Positions 1 through 12,327 of a stretch of DNA of 40,223 bases are shown here, in pieces (position 1 is the stretch's first letter; every line of letters starts with the position of its first letter). This DNA comes from Octopus bimaculoides. Taxonomy: Eukaryota. The DNA is taken from positions 14,647,962-14,688,184 of the forward strand of contig NC_068981.1 in the NCBI RefSeq assembly GCF_001194135.2, written 5' to 3'. Made by a program: the position numbers and the translations under genes. Under the pieces are notes generated by a model that searched no databases, was not told the origin of the DNA, and saw nothing but the letters and a program-made list of their open reading frames with translations.

Positions 1-1317
1 ATATATATATATATATATATACATATTCTGTAAATTAAGGAATAGTCATGGCTGGAAGTGTAATCCAGTTAGAATTTATCTGGTATGATCAAAAACAAAA
101 ATAAAACCAAGACTGTCAATAATTTGGGGGATTTCTTTATTGAATATCTTTTCAGAAAATATGTAACAAGTTTTGGTTTAGAACAAAACGCATTATCATT
201 TGCTTGAAGGTCAATAATATATAAAATAATATAACAAATACAGTGAACCATCAAGTTGTAGAAAAATCCACAAAAATGCACTTTTGATAATATTTCATGT
301 ACGACTGAGCAAGCTGAAGACAATTTATATACAACTAAACGAAGACGTATTTTTCGACATAACATTCTACTTCTAAAGGACTTTTTGTAATATTTCCTTT
401 TGTTATTTGCCATTACACAGGAAGGCTTTTATGAAACAGATTATTTCACACAAACCTGTATTCTCAAGGCAAATTTTTACCTTTACGGTAAAATACTTCT
501 AGCTAACGTTTTCAAAATGTAGTTGCGTTTGCATGAGAAAATATATATAAATGTACAGGGAATGTAGAAAAATAAATTCGATTACACGCATCAATTCATT
601 TCCTCAACTAAGTTTTGCAGGATTTTCAATAAATAAACGAAGGAACAGCAACACGTTGAATAGCTACCGAACGGTAACACTGATACAATTCGTTTGTGAG
701 AAATGATGTACGCATGATGAAGAGTTAGTAAGCATAATACTTTAAAAGATTTAAATACTGTGGTTCTTTTTATTGCATATATTTGCATTCCTTCTATTTG
801 AAATCTGTAAATCAAATATCAGGAATAGGACTGTTCTACCATTGACCGTCAAGTCATGCAGAACAGTACTGCCTTTCAGGATTAAGTTACATTGAATTGA
901 AATTTGAAACAACTGACTAAAAACTAAGGATACACTCTTATANNNNNNNNNNNNNNNNNNNNNNNNNNNNNNNNNNNNNNNNNNNNNNNNNNNNNNNNNN
1001 NNNNNNNNNNNNNNNNNNNNNNNNNNNNNNNNNNNNNNNNNNNNNNNNNNNNNNNNNNNNNNNNNNNNNNNNNNNNNNNNNNNNNNNNNNNNNNNNNNNN
1101 NNNNNNNNNNNNNNNNNNNNNNNNNNNNNNNNNNNNNNNNNNNNNNNNNNNNNNNNNNNNNNNNNNNNNNNNNNNNNNNNNNNNNNNNNNNNNNNNNNNN
1201 NNNNNNNNNNNNNNNNNNNNNNNNNNNNNNNNNNNNNNNNNNNNNNNNNNNNNNNNNNNNNNNNNNNNNNNNNNNNNNNNNNNNNNNNNNNNNNNNNNNN
1301 NNNNNNNNNNNNNNNNN

Positions 1318-1452
1318 ACACACACACACACACACACATACACACACACACAAACACACACACATACACACACATACACACACATACACACACACAAAGA
1401 CAGACGCACAAAGACACACACATGCACAGACAGGCACGCATATATACATATA
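1318..1452. repeat. (CA)n-rich compound microsatellite next to a gap
   Basis: Direct: acacacacac... with CATA/GACA interruptions. Confidence 0.95.
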
Positions 1453-2405
1453 TAAACAGTTGCATGTGAATAAATCTTTAAAAGATAATTTCCCTAGATT
1501 AAAAATACATGTAGAAATAATATACACATGGAAAAGTAATCAGTTATACACGTCTTTGTGCCTACGTGTGCTTTTCAACTGATACTTATTCTTGTGTGCC
1601 TGTTATAGATGCATTCAATTCAAGCATAAAATCAAATAAAGAGTTGCTCAGTGAATGATATAAACATATCTCACCAATGAAAGATAGGAGTATTATATGT
1701 AGAAATACGTCCATGTATATCAGTGTGACGAGACACTTGCGCAAGGACTTAACAAAATATAAATCGCATATATATTGAGATGTTGACAATTAAACAACAG
1801 GATAAGGTGAACAAATATTTCAAAAGATCCTAATATTCCGACACCTATGTTGTTATTTCATAAAAATAGTAGGTTGTTAATGAAAACAATCTACACACAA
1901 TTTACAATATTTGAAGTCTATATTAAACCACGAATGTGAAAGGTAATTGTGTTGTGGTTTATAAGTAAGAATGCTATTTGTTCCTCGTATTTAAACCCGT
2001 ATGAATTGAAATTAGGATTATATTGTACATGACCTGAATCTAAAAGCGCCTTCGTTGAAATAAGTGTAATTGAATATATTTAAGCTATCGCAACAAAATA
2101 ACAGATATGCGTGTGTGTTTGCGTGTGTGTGTAAATCACGAATTGTAGGACATGATGCACAAACACAAACAGTAAATGGAGTCAAGTAAGTAGATGCATG
2201 TGACGGGTAAAGTGTGAAAATATAAAGCATACAACAACAATGAAAGAAGTGTGCAATGAAGGTAACTACGCCAAATGAATAAACTGATAATAATGTCTAT
2301 GGGTGATGCGTTTTATTATAGAAAACAAATCAGTATAAAGGGAGAGAAAGGTAGAGATATACACGGGAGCTAATTCGTAAAGTCAGTTTATATGGCATCT
2401 CTTAA

Positions 2406-2441
<36 letters not shown>

Positions 2442-4204
2442 GTAAGCAGCGCACACTACATAATAGAACAGTAACTATAAAAAAAATTTAAAGTCTGATC
2501 ATACAGTTTCTAATGGTCTCGTATCTACGAAAGCTACTATCTTGTGCACGGCTAATCAGACTCTATAAAAAGACAAATTCAACTATTCAACTCGCGGAGT
2601 TGGAGAAATGCTTAGACAAAAATGTTAAAGGGCTAACAAAGGAAGAAAATGTTAATGAGAAAGGGTTATCTCCCCTCAACCAGAGGATAGATGGAAGCTA
2701 TGATCTATATAGCTAAGGAGTATTAGTTTAAACAGCAAACAGAGAAACCAATTTTCCAGTAGGTAGCGCTTGAAATGAATACATTTTGACAAAATTCTTT
2801 CCATCGGCTTAACATTCTAGGTGGAAGATGATAGAACATCCAAGCCCATATCTCAATGGAAACGGCCGCTGCAAAATCTCATTCGCAGTGCTCAGCTTGG
2901 CGCGTTGAATAACCTTGAGCAAATTTCCCGGAAATGTTTTCATTTCCAGTGCCACCTACTCGAAAGTTAGGTCACCCGTTTACTGATTAACCTAATAAGA
3001 GGCCATCATGAAATAGACCATTTATCCTCTGGTCGAGCGGAGATAACCCGTCCTCAATACATTTTTTCACCGTTTGCTGTTTGACATATTTGTCCTGGGG
3101 TTTCTACACTTTCGCGAGGTGAAAAGGTACATTTGTCTTTGTATACAATCTGATGAGCTGTCCATAAGACTGTAGGCTTCGTGGAAAACATTGGTTACTC
3201 TATTACCAGACTCTAATTTTATGTTTTAATATATAAATTTATATACAGAGTTGAGGTGTATTCCGTTTAGAACGTATAAGAGTAAAAATTTCCCTTCGAA
3301 TTCCCAAATAGCCGGTAGTATTTTTATGGTATGCTACCAACTCTAGTCTTAGGTATTCCTCGTGTGTGAAAATAAAAAGCAAAAAATAAAAGAGTCACAA
3401 GGAAAAGTAAGTACGGTTAGGCAGCTTTTTAATGATCACTACAAATGTTTCAATACATATAGATCTACGTATATATACAGTATTTAAATTTGAATTTAAA
3501 TTAAAATAAGTAACAATTTACCTGTACAATAAGATCCATACGTATCTCCTCGGGCGATATCTAATCGCTGTTTCTGCAAGTAAATTTTTATATATGTATA
3601 TATATATATATANNNNNNNNNNNNNNNNNNNNNNNNNNNNNNNNNNNNNNNNNNNNNNNNNNNNNNNNNNNNNNNNNNNNNNNNNNNNNNNNNNNNNNNN
3701 NNNNNNNNNNNNNNNNNNNNNNNNNNNNNNNNNNNNNNNNNNNNNNNNNNNNNNNNNNNNNNNNNNNNNNNNNNNNNNNNNNNNNNNNNNNNNNNNNNNN
3801 NNNNNNNNNNNNNNNNNNNNNNNNNNNNNNNNNNNNNNNNNNNNNNNNNNNNNNNNNNNNNNNNNNNNNNNNNNNNNNNNNNNNNNNNNNNNNNNNNNNN
3901 NNNNNNNNNNNNNNNNNNNNNNNNNNNNNNNNNNNNNNNNNNNNNNNNNNNNNNNNNNNNNNNNNNNNNNNNNNNNNNNNNNNNNNNNNNNNNNNNNNNN
4001 NNNNNNNNNNNNNNNNNNNNNNNNNNNNNNNNNNNNNNNNNNNNNNNNNNNNNNNNNNNNNNNNNNNNNNNNNNNNNNNNNNNNNNNNNNNNNNNNNNNN
4101 NNNNNNNNNNNNNNNNNNNNNNNNNNNNNNNNNNNNNNNNNNNNNNNNNNNNNNNNNNNNNNNNNNNNNNNNNNNNNNNNNNNNNNNNNNNNNNNNNNNN
4201 NNNN

Positions 4205-4238
<34 letters not shown>

Positions 4239-4309
4239 GTTAATTTCCAAATACATATGTACTTGTATAATATATATTTATATAATATATATATAGTTTT
4301 ACTTGTTTC

Positions 4310-4975
4310 AGCTGAAAGAAGTTAGTTTATATATGACCTATTCATAAAGTGGTTAGCAGAGCAGAGGCCAAAAACTACAGTCGTATATCTCTGACTTCGC
4401 ACATCAGAAAAGTCAGAAGAAACCAATCACCTTGATTGAGGAAAATAACTTATTGGCTGACAGCCAGCATTGTTTCCGAACAAGAAGAAGCTGCCTGACT
4501 CAGCTCACACAGAACTATGAATAGGTGTTAAAACAGCTGCTCAACCAGTCAAATGTGGTTGTAATATATCTCGACATTGCAAAGTCTTTCGATGTCACAA
4601 ACCGCGTGATCACGGAATAGTTGGGAAATTGGGAGAATGGCTGCGTGACGTTTCTGAAGAATAGAACTCAGGTGGTAGTAGCCAATGGAGCCACCTCGAA
4701 TGACACAGAAATAGTGAGCAGTGTTCCGCAAGGCAGTGTTTTCAGACCACTAAAGTTAACAATGGTCCTCTCCGATATGCCCTCAGCCACATAGGAGCGA
4801 CGATCACAAGTTATCCAGATTATGAAAAAGTCTCTCGGGTGATACAGAACCCTGTAGACGCTATACACCTGCAATATGAGTTGGATGAAATATACAAGCG
4901 GGCTGAAAATAATAGCTTCCAGTTTAATGCTGAAAACTTTCAAGTCTTGTGCTATGAGCATGCAATTCTAAATGG
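4310..4975 (+). mobile_element. Degenerate CR1-like LINE reverse transcriptase fragment
   Basis: Hand translation across frameshifts gives PIHKVVSRAEAKNYSRISLTSHI...EENNLLADSQHCFRTRRSCLTQL...VIYLDIAKSFD...GKLGEWLRDVLKNRTQVVVANG...VPQGSVFRPL...TSYPDYEKV...LQYELDEIYKRAENNSFQFNAENFQVL. These are the RT motifs NYRPISL, HGFR, YLDFAKAFD and PQGS; catalytic YADD has decayed to YPDY. Confidence 0.9.
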
Positions 4976-6121
4976 TATCAGTGGTGGATTGGGGCTGGTG
5001 GGGTCGGGGCTAAATACAAAATATTCCATATTTGTTTGTGCTTTGTTTAATATCAATCATTTGATTATATAATTACATGTTAAATTTTTTAAACGCATTT
5101 TTATGTTGAAATCATACCATGTATCTAACCTCAAATCACGCTGCGCTCTTCCCATCTATGTTGGCTCCAAGTGGGCAATAAGGAATCAATTTTGCTCTGT
5201 GCGTGTTTCCTGTTTTCTGTTCTTCCTAATAAGTGGTCATCGCCGTGTTGCACTTTAGTGTAATTGAACCGAGGTGGTGCGCTCCAGAAAAAGTGGAAGT
5301 CTGTTTGTATATGAAATTTGGACGTACTTGTGTGAGGGAGTAAAATGACATTTTTTCAAATATTCTAAAAAAATATTTTTAATCATCTGATAAAACTTAT
5401 TAATCGTTGGACATTTATCATATTTTTGTTTATTAGTTCTTGGGTAGTTTGCGAAATTTTAGTCGTTTGTATCGACGTTTTTGATAGGCCGTTCTGTTTG
5501 TATTTCATTTTATTTTATTCGAATATATATTTTTAACTTATGTGTTTTTATGTATATGCATTTTTTATGAGCTGAACGACCATGGTGATAATAGTATGTG
5601 ATTAAATGTTCGAGATATGGTATTATGTATAAAGTCGTTGTCTCAAATTTAATGTTTGTTCTATAGCCAATGTTTCTTTATCTTAGTTTCATTTACATTT
5701 GAGCACTTCTTTTTCAGTGCTATAAACCCTTTTGTTTCTGTAAAGAGACAAATATTACTTCTTCTTGTGTATGTGTAAATATATATACATACATACATAC
5801 ACGCATACATAAAGATATATATATATATANNNNNNNNNNNNNNNNNNNNNNNNNNNNNNNNNNNNNNNNNNNNNNNNNNNNNNNNNNNNNNNNNNNNNNN
5901 NNNNNNNNNNNNNNNNNNNNNNNNNNNNNNNNNNNNNNNNNNNNNNNNNNNNNNNNNNNNNNNNNNNNNNNNNNNNNNNNNNNNNNNNNNNNNNNNNNNN
6001 NNNNNNNNNNNNNNNNNNNNNNNNNNNNNNNNNNNNNNNNNNNNNNNNNNNNNNNNNNTATATATATATATATATATATACATACATACATACACGCATA
6101 CATAAAGATATATATATATAT

Positions 6122-6165
6122 AGAGAGAGAGAGGGGGGGGAGAGAGAGAGAGAGACAGACAGATA
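6122..6165. repeat. (AG)n microsatellite
   Basis: Direct. Confidence 0.9.
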
Positions 6166-7689
6166 GTGATTATCTACATTGGCGTTCCATTCTTCATTAT
6201 GATTCTGTTTGACACGGTGTACAGTTTGAATTGAGCTTCATAGAAACATCCCTCAATTGAACGTATTATTCCAATGTTCAGTTGGAATATATAAACAAGC
6301 TTCTTTCTTCTTTATATGGGTTCTCAGCTCTACATTTAATGAAATATGATTCCAGTATATTTACTGATATTCTGGTGCCAAACGAATTGCTTGAAGCAAA
6401 CGAATTGTTCTTGTAGCATTTGGTTGTAGCAATTATATTTAGTAGAGTCAAAAATAATAACAAAACTATTATTCATATTATATGGTTTCATCAAATATTG
6501 GATATTTAATAATGGACAGATTGAGAAAGGATTTCATTGAATATCAATCTAATTTTCGGCGCTATCCATTGATATATTACATTGCAAATATACTTTTGTT
6601 TCCTATCAAATGAATAATAACTTGTAGTGCTCATTGTAAACAAGCGAATCGTACATTGTATTATGTTCACAGGTGAAGACTATCTCGAATAACTGAATAC
6701 ATTCAAGTGTCTCAATGTATCTGATATTCCCAAAACCAAATGCCAATTAATATACTATGAATAATATTTTCAAAGAAGATCGAACCATTTGATATCAAGC
6801 CCATAAAGAGATTATTATGTTAAGATTTGAAATAGAGAACGCATTACATAATGCAGTATTAACTGTGACAGTTATATGTACTTTTATCATATATAGCATG
6901 TTCTATAGCTATCTAGTTAAAATGATCGTTTTGTAATAATTTGATTTCGCCTTTCAAAACATAGCTTACCGTTCTGGCGAATGAATTCTATTACGTTCTT
7001 GGTTAGTAAATATCACTGAGGGTACGCAACAAACCTTATCGCAGATACAAATCGCACGCTTCATAATTTCATCGTGATTTACGGATCCCGTAACCATATC
7101 AAGCTTGTTATAACTCTGTGAATTTTTTCATAGAGGATGGCTCCGTTCAGTAACTAATCGATTGTAAAGTACAAAATATAGTCCGACATACCCATGTCGT
7201 TAACAGGTTTCATTTGCTGTCGTAAGGAAACGAATTCTATCACATACAAGTTAACTGAAACAACTGTTAATCTGAATTGCTAGAAAAAAACATTAGGACA
7301 TGTGAGGTATTTAGAAAGCAGAGTTGCGGATGTTAAACGTGTACATACTAACAAACGCACACGCGCACACTCGCTAACCCACACAAACATACACGTACGC
7401 ACACACACGCACGCACACATACAAACACAAACATACACACACAGATACACGCATGTATATAAATGTGTGTGAGTGTGTGTTTGTTTTTAATTTAAGTTAT
7501 ATAAAAAATATTATTTTACATTAAACTGTACCAACATGTTTTAGCAGCGAAAACCGTATGGGAAACTGTTACTAAAGTTTTTAAAATTGTTTCTTGGTCC
7601 TGATAACAGTTTTCTCCCTGTTTTCGAAACCAAAACTACAAATCTCCAAACAATAACACCATACAAACACCAGTTGCTGATTCACCTAT

Positions 7690-7990
7690 CTCTAGACCAA
7701 TGAAATTTTACCTCCGATAAAAATCGAACTTCAGCAAATAAAACAAAATGACCCTTTAAGAGAATCAACCAATCGGAACGGCTGATGACCGTTCCCCACA
7801 GGGAAGCCAACCAGGACGACAAATTTGACCACCGAAAAAAAAAAAGACGTCACCAGTAATTTAACGAATCAAATATCAGATCCGCTCGCGGAGAAAATTA
7901 TAAATGCACTGGATTCCAAATCACATCGTTACATGCGAAAGCTCCTCCACACGACGGAAAGAGAATCAGAGAAATTGTAAACCAAATCCC
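7690..7990. promoter_or_regulatory. Possible promoter/enhancer-like region
   Basis: Two CCAAT boxes (7697-7701, 7769-7773), a CRE-like GACGTCA (7846-7852) and locally raised CpG. Short motifs only. Confidence 0.2.
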
Positions 7991-8295
7991 TTTTTTTACT
8001 ATCTTCATTTCTCTCTTGTTTTTTTCCCTCTTAACTAAGTATGACTGAAACTTTGGTGATATTCATTTCTTGTCGATCACTACTAACACGAAAGAAAGTT
8101 GTACGTTTAAGAAAGTTGATGCACAGTTTTAATATTATTGACTGTTATGAATATTTACATTTGTCAACATCGCAACTTTTAAACATATTTTTCTAATTCG
8201 TAATTCTAAATGTTTATCATCGATAAACAAAAAAATATTGTTGAAACTAGTTTTGTACATATGTAAATACATTTATTTTAAACAATTTTTTCAAA

Positions 8296-8490
8296 TACAG
8301 TTCTATATTTAAAAGATGAGGAATTATATACATTATTTACATTATTAATATTTGACGCATATTCGCTCTCATCTTGTTTGCTGTTGATACAACGTTTCGG
8401 CTGATATACCCTCCAGCCTTCATCAGGTGTCTTGGGGAAATTTTGAACCTGGGTTCTCATTCCTAAGGTATTTTTTTAAGATGTTGATAC

Positions 8491-8531
<41 letters not shown>

Positions 8532-8593
8532 TCACTGCTTTGAATCGAACGTGGAATCTTAGGGTTAGTATCCCGTGCTCTTAACCACTACGC
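8296..8593 (-). mobile_element. tRNA-headed SINE-like element with (AAT)n linker and hammerhead-containing body
   Basis: Minus strand: A-box-like TTGCGTAGTGG, B-box GTTCGATTC (forward 8542-8550), (AAT)n at about 8491-8527, then a body carrying CTGATGA...GAAAC. Confidence 0.7.
8386..8431 (-). ncRNA. Minimal type I hammerhead ribozyme motif
   Basis: Minus strand GACAC-CTGATGA-A-GGCTG(gagggtatat)CAGCC-GAAA-C-GTT-GTATC. Intact core, perfect 5-bp stem II, palindromic ACGT stem III, stem I 4 of 5 pairs. Confidence 0.75.
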
Positions 8594-9982
8594 AATTGGG
8601 CATATGGCTGCTCTCAAGGCCGACTTTCAGTTGCCGAAACCACAAAATCAAAAGGTGTGTTTTTCTTGAATGATTTCATAAGGGTATGCCGGTAGTAATA
8701 GAAGTACATATTCATTTCTAGGATTAACTTTAATTTCAGAAATTGTTGGTTCACATCTAACAGATACATAATGGCAACGGCCAAGAACCGTGATGGTTCA
8801 GTTGCAGTGGATATTCTATGTTATACAAAAACGTTTGCTAAATAATGAATGAAGCTGCCTTGATATTTAAAATGCTTTTAGATATGAAATTGCGATAGAG
8901 AAACAATATGATCATAAATGTTTCCCCAGTATATATATTTCAACTTATTTTTGTTATATTATAGTCGGATGTTTCATTATTTTTAAACAAAATATGTGGC
9001 GTAATTTCAAGTTAATTTCTTACTATTTCTAGTCAGTCAACAACTTTCTTATTTCGAGGGCAGTGTTTACAAACTGTGTATAACTATTTCTGTATTTTAA
9101 ATGCATTCCTCTTTTTTTTTTCTTCTTCTTTCTTTGCTAGTATAATTCTATTTCGGAAAGTTTATATTGCAGAAAATGTACAAAAGATTTCGTTCAGAAA
9201 ATATTCTATATAAAATTGGAATTAAGGCTTTTAGGAAAATGGAAATATTTCTGGTATTTGTGAAATTTAATACATCTCTTTTTGTATTTCGTTTTAATTT
9301 TATGTTTTTATTTCTGAATATAGAAACAATGTTTAGATCAATTAACTGGTGAGAAATATTTTATAAGCTTCAATATAAAATTAAGGCTTCGTCACACAAT
9401 TAGTCATAAGAAACAAAAGTAAAATATATACAGAAATATAAAATGTTTGTATGCGTATGTATGTATGTGTGCGTTTTTGCACGCGTGTTTTTATGCGTGA
9501 GTGAATGTAGGTACGGAGACATGGTTTTCTGATTCGCATAACAAATACGTTATCTATGGGTTTGTTCAGACGCGTGTCACCTCGAAAATCTTCCACTATT
9601 TAACCAATAGATTTACGAAAGTAATACCATAGTATTTGAGATCCCCCGAATAGTATAGGCCAACAGCATCAGGCTTGTTTATACATACACGCTATAGGCT
9701 GGAATATTTTATATCATACCTTCATACAGTAAAAACTGATATACAGGTTTCGAGGCCTCTGATACTGAATAAAGTGTTGAAACACAGTGTACAATCAAGT
9801 ACCCTCCAGTTTACTGTAGCTACTATCGTTTTTTGCATATAAATGTATTGGATACGCAATTCATAAAAATGGAATAAAATTCGAAAGTCGATTAAGATCG
9901 TTCATTATTATTCAATCAACGGTGAAGGAGCTAAAATATCCATATTTACACACAGAAACACACACGTGCTTGCATACATTAA

Positions 9983-10043
9983 TACATGCATACCTACATA
10001 AATACATACATACATACATACATACATACATACATACATACAT
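9983..10043. repeat. (CATA)n tetranucleotide microsatellite
   Basis: Direct. Confidence 0.95.
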
Positions 10044-10594
10044 GCATACTCACACTTAATAGACACAATCCATATTTCTATGTGCTACGAATAGTTTCAT
10101 ATGTTGACTATTATCTCAAACATATTCATCAGACACAAAACACATACCATAACGAGCTAAAAATTGAATGAGAGAAGAAACATGAAGAGTCGAGAAGAAA
10201 GCATAGAGAAAACGTCGAAAGTTGAAAATGGGAAAAGGAAAGAGCGAAATGTAAAAAGTAAGAAAGGTAACAAAAATGCCCTCCTTAGATCTTAAATTCT
10301 AAAGCTGGAAAGATATCAAGTTAATCAGATATAGGCGGAATTTTCCATTTCTTCAAAATCTACTTAGACCCACGTTTAAAACCGCTGTAAATTTCAGACC
10401 TAGACTTCAGTAGTGAGTTAGGGATCTTGGATTTAAAAAAAAAAAACATCTGAACTCTTTCAGTTAAACATGGCTTACATTTATTTGATCCATAATATAT
10501 ATATATATATATANNNNNNNNNNNNNNNNNNNNNNNNNNNNNNNNNNNNNNNNNNNNNNNNNNNNNNNNNNNNNNNNNNNNNNNNNNNNNNNNN

Positions 10595-11787
10595 ACTATT
10601 GAAATGTCTATAAAACCGTCAAAGGCTTCTTTATTTTAATGCTTTTAGATTTATTATTAGCGTTGCTCAATATGTTTTGCTAAAATTGCTGTTTCTTTTC
10701 AGACATCGTCAGAAGAAGGTAATTAAAATTAGTTAAAATGACAGATCTATCGGAGTTTCAAAGAGATCAAATGGTTGGTGCTCGTATAGCAGGCGCTAGC
10801 GTAGCAAAAACAGCCGAATTGTTTGGCGTATCAAAGAGTACTCTCTTGAAATTAACGACAGCCTCTGAGAAGGGAAAACCCCCTCGTCGAAACAAAACCT
10901 CGGAAGGAAACCAAAACAGTGAGATAGAGACCATCGGACTTTTACGCGAATTTTTAGAAAGGATCACAGAAGTACAGCTCTCAAAATTACTGCAGAGCTT
11001 AATGACCACCTCGATAACCCAGTTTCCATAAAAACTGTTCGTCGGGAGCTGCACAAAGCCGGATTTCACGTGAGAGCTACAATAAGAAAACCAATACTTT
11101 CAAAAACAAACGTTGCAAAGCGTTTAGATTCGAGTAAGAAACTACAAAATTGGTCTCTAGAAGAGTGAAATAATGTTATTCTCTCCGCCGAGTCATCCCT
11201 TATCTTATTTCCGATCACCGGTCGAGTATACGTGTAGAGACTGCCAAAAGAAGCATTTGAAGCAGACTGCCATCTTCCAACTGTTAAACATGGAAGGTGA
11301 TCTGTAATGATCAGGGGTGCTGATTCATGGAAATCCGCCGGTGGATTTCCCTTCATGGCAAAATTAATAGTCTAATGCTATTTAAGCATTTTATCTGATC
11401 AAATTCATCCTATGTTTGCGGAACTATTTCCAGAAGGAAACAGCCAAAGTTGTTACTGAATGGCACGTGGAACATTCTAGTGATGTTGAACATCTTTTCT
11501 GTCCACCACAATTCCCAGATCTGAATATTATTGAACATTTATGGTGCATTTTAGAAAAAAACAAGTAAGGAGTCGATATCCTCCACCATCATCACTATAA
11601 GAACTGGAGACTATTTTGCTGAAGGATGGACAAACATTTCTCTGGAAACAACTCAAACTTTGTACGAGTCCGTACCTCGTAGAACTCAAGCTGTAATTAC
11701 TGCCAAAGGCGGTCCTACCACGAATTGAAATAAATTTGTCTGAAATTTTAAGGTGTTTCCATTATTTTGTCCATTATTTTGTCCAAC
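10595..11787 (+). mobile_element. Tc1/mariner (DD34E-type) transposon, near full length, inactivated; left end lies in the gap
   Basis: ATG at 10738 gives MTDLSEFQRDQMVGARIAGASVAKTAELFGVSKST (HTH). Frameshifted continuation: KTVRRELHKAGF...IRKPILSKTNVAKRL...VILSAESS...PTVKHG...LSDQIHPMFAELFPEGN...PDLNIIEHLWCILEK...QAVITAKGGPT. The 3' end resembles a TIR (ggtgtttccattattttgtcc). Confidence 0.93.
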
Positions 11788-12164
11788 ATACACATATTAG
11801 ACGGAATGAGATAAGAGAAAGATAAATAAATAAATAAATAAATAAAAGACACGGGTATAAAGACAGTATTAAAGAAACCCATATGCATCTATACGTTACA
11901 AACAAAATAAACACGCGCGCACACACGCAAACACACGCACTCAGTTACAGATGCAAACACATGATCAGGCAGGGATACATACCAAAGAAAGACAATATGG
12001 AATATGCCAGATAATAGGAGACACATTGGGTAGAGTGTCCCCGAAGAAGTCACAGGATGTGCAACGAAGGGGCTTTGACTAAGAAACTAATATAATAATA
12101 ATAATAATAATAAAGCTTGAATGATGACCAAATATAAAATGCGTGTGTTTAATTGGCAAGATGT

Positions 12165-12327
12165 GAACATTCTCAAGCTTAACAAATTCGATGATGAAAT
12201 CGTCAACTGTCTTGCAAAGACAAACAACACATTTAGCAAACTCCGTCATCGCCCACGGAATGAAACGGGCATTACATGTGACGCCAAATTACAGGTCTAT
12301 AAAGCTGTCATACTTACTACTCTCTTT
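12165..12327 (+). mobile_element. RTE/BovB-like LINE RT fragment
   Basis: ORF 12121..12351 contains NKFDDEIVNCLAKTNNTFSKLRHRPRNETGITCDAKLQVYKAVILTTL, matching the RTE region D.EI..R.AKAS..FG.L...W...GI...TKL.VYKAV.LTTLLYG. Confidence 0.8.

Noticed and set aside
69-413. 114-aa minus-strand ORF with a hydrophobic end
   Set aside because: No recognisable domain; composition is what AT-rich DNA yields, and a stop lies a few codons upstream.
2480-2900. Faint RTE-like phrases (NEYILTKF, VEDDRTSKPISQW)
   Set aside because: Too degraded to call without an alignment.
3146-3195. CTGATGA...GAAA spacing resembling a hammerhead
   Set aside because: No stem II closing pair and no U at 16.1.
6278-6463. 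61-aa ORF starting with a signal-peptide-like MLLFLTLLNII
   Set aside because: Starts at a non-ATG codon, no domain; expected by chance in AT-rich sequence.
8527-8593. tRNA-like sequence
   Set aside because: No proper acceptor stem and it is attached to a repeat body; treated as a SINE head, as is 39918-39990.
8764-8845. Plus-strand acceptor followed by MATAKNRDGSVAVDILCYTKTFAK*
   Set aside because: 24 aa, no donor or homology support.
9760-9800. CTGAATA..GAAACACAGTGTA hammerhead-like string
   Set aside because: Invariant G8 missing, stem II only two A-U pairs, stem I does not pair.
11960-12113. Possible LINE 3' tail ending in (AAT)n
   Set aside because: Too short and diverged to support.
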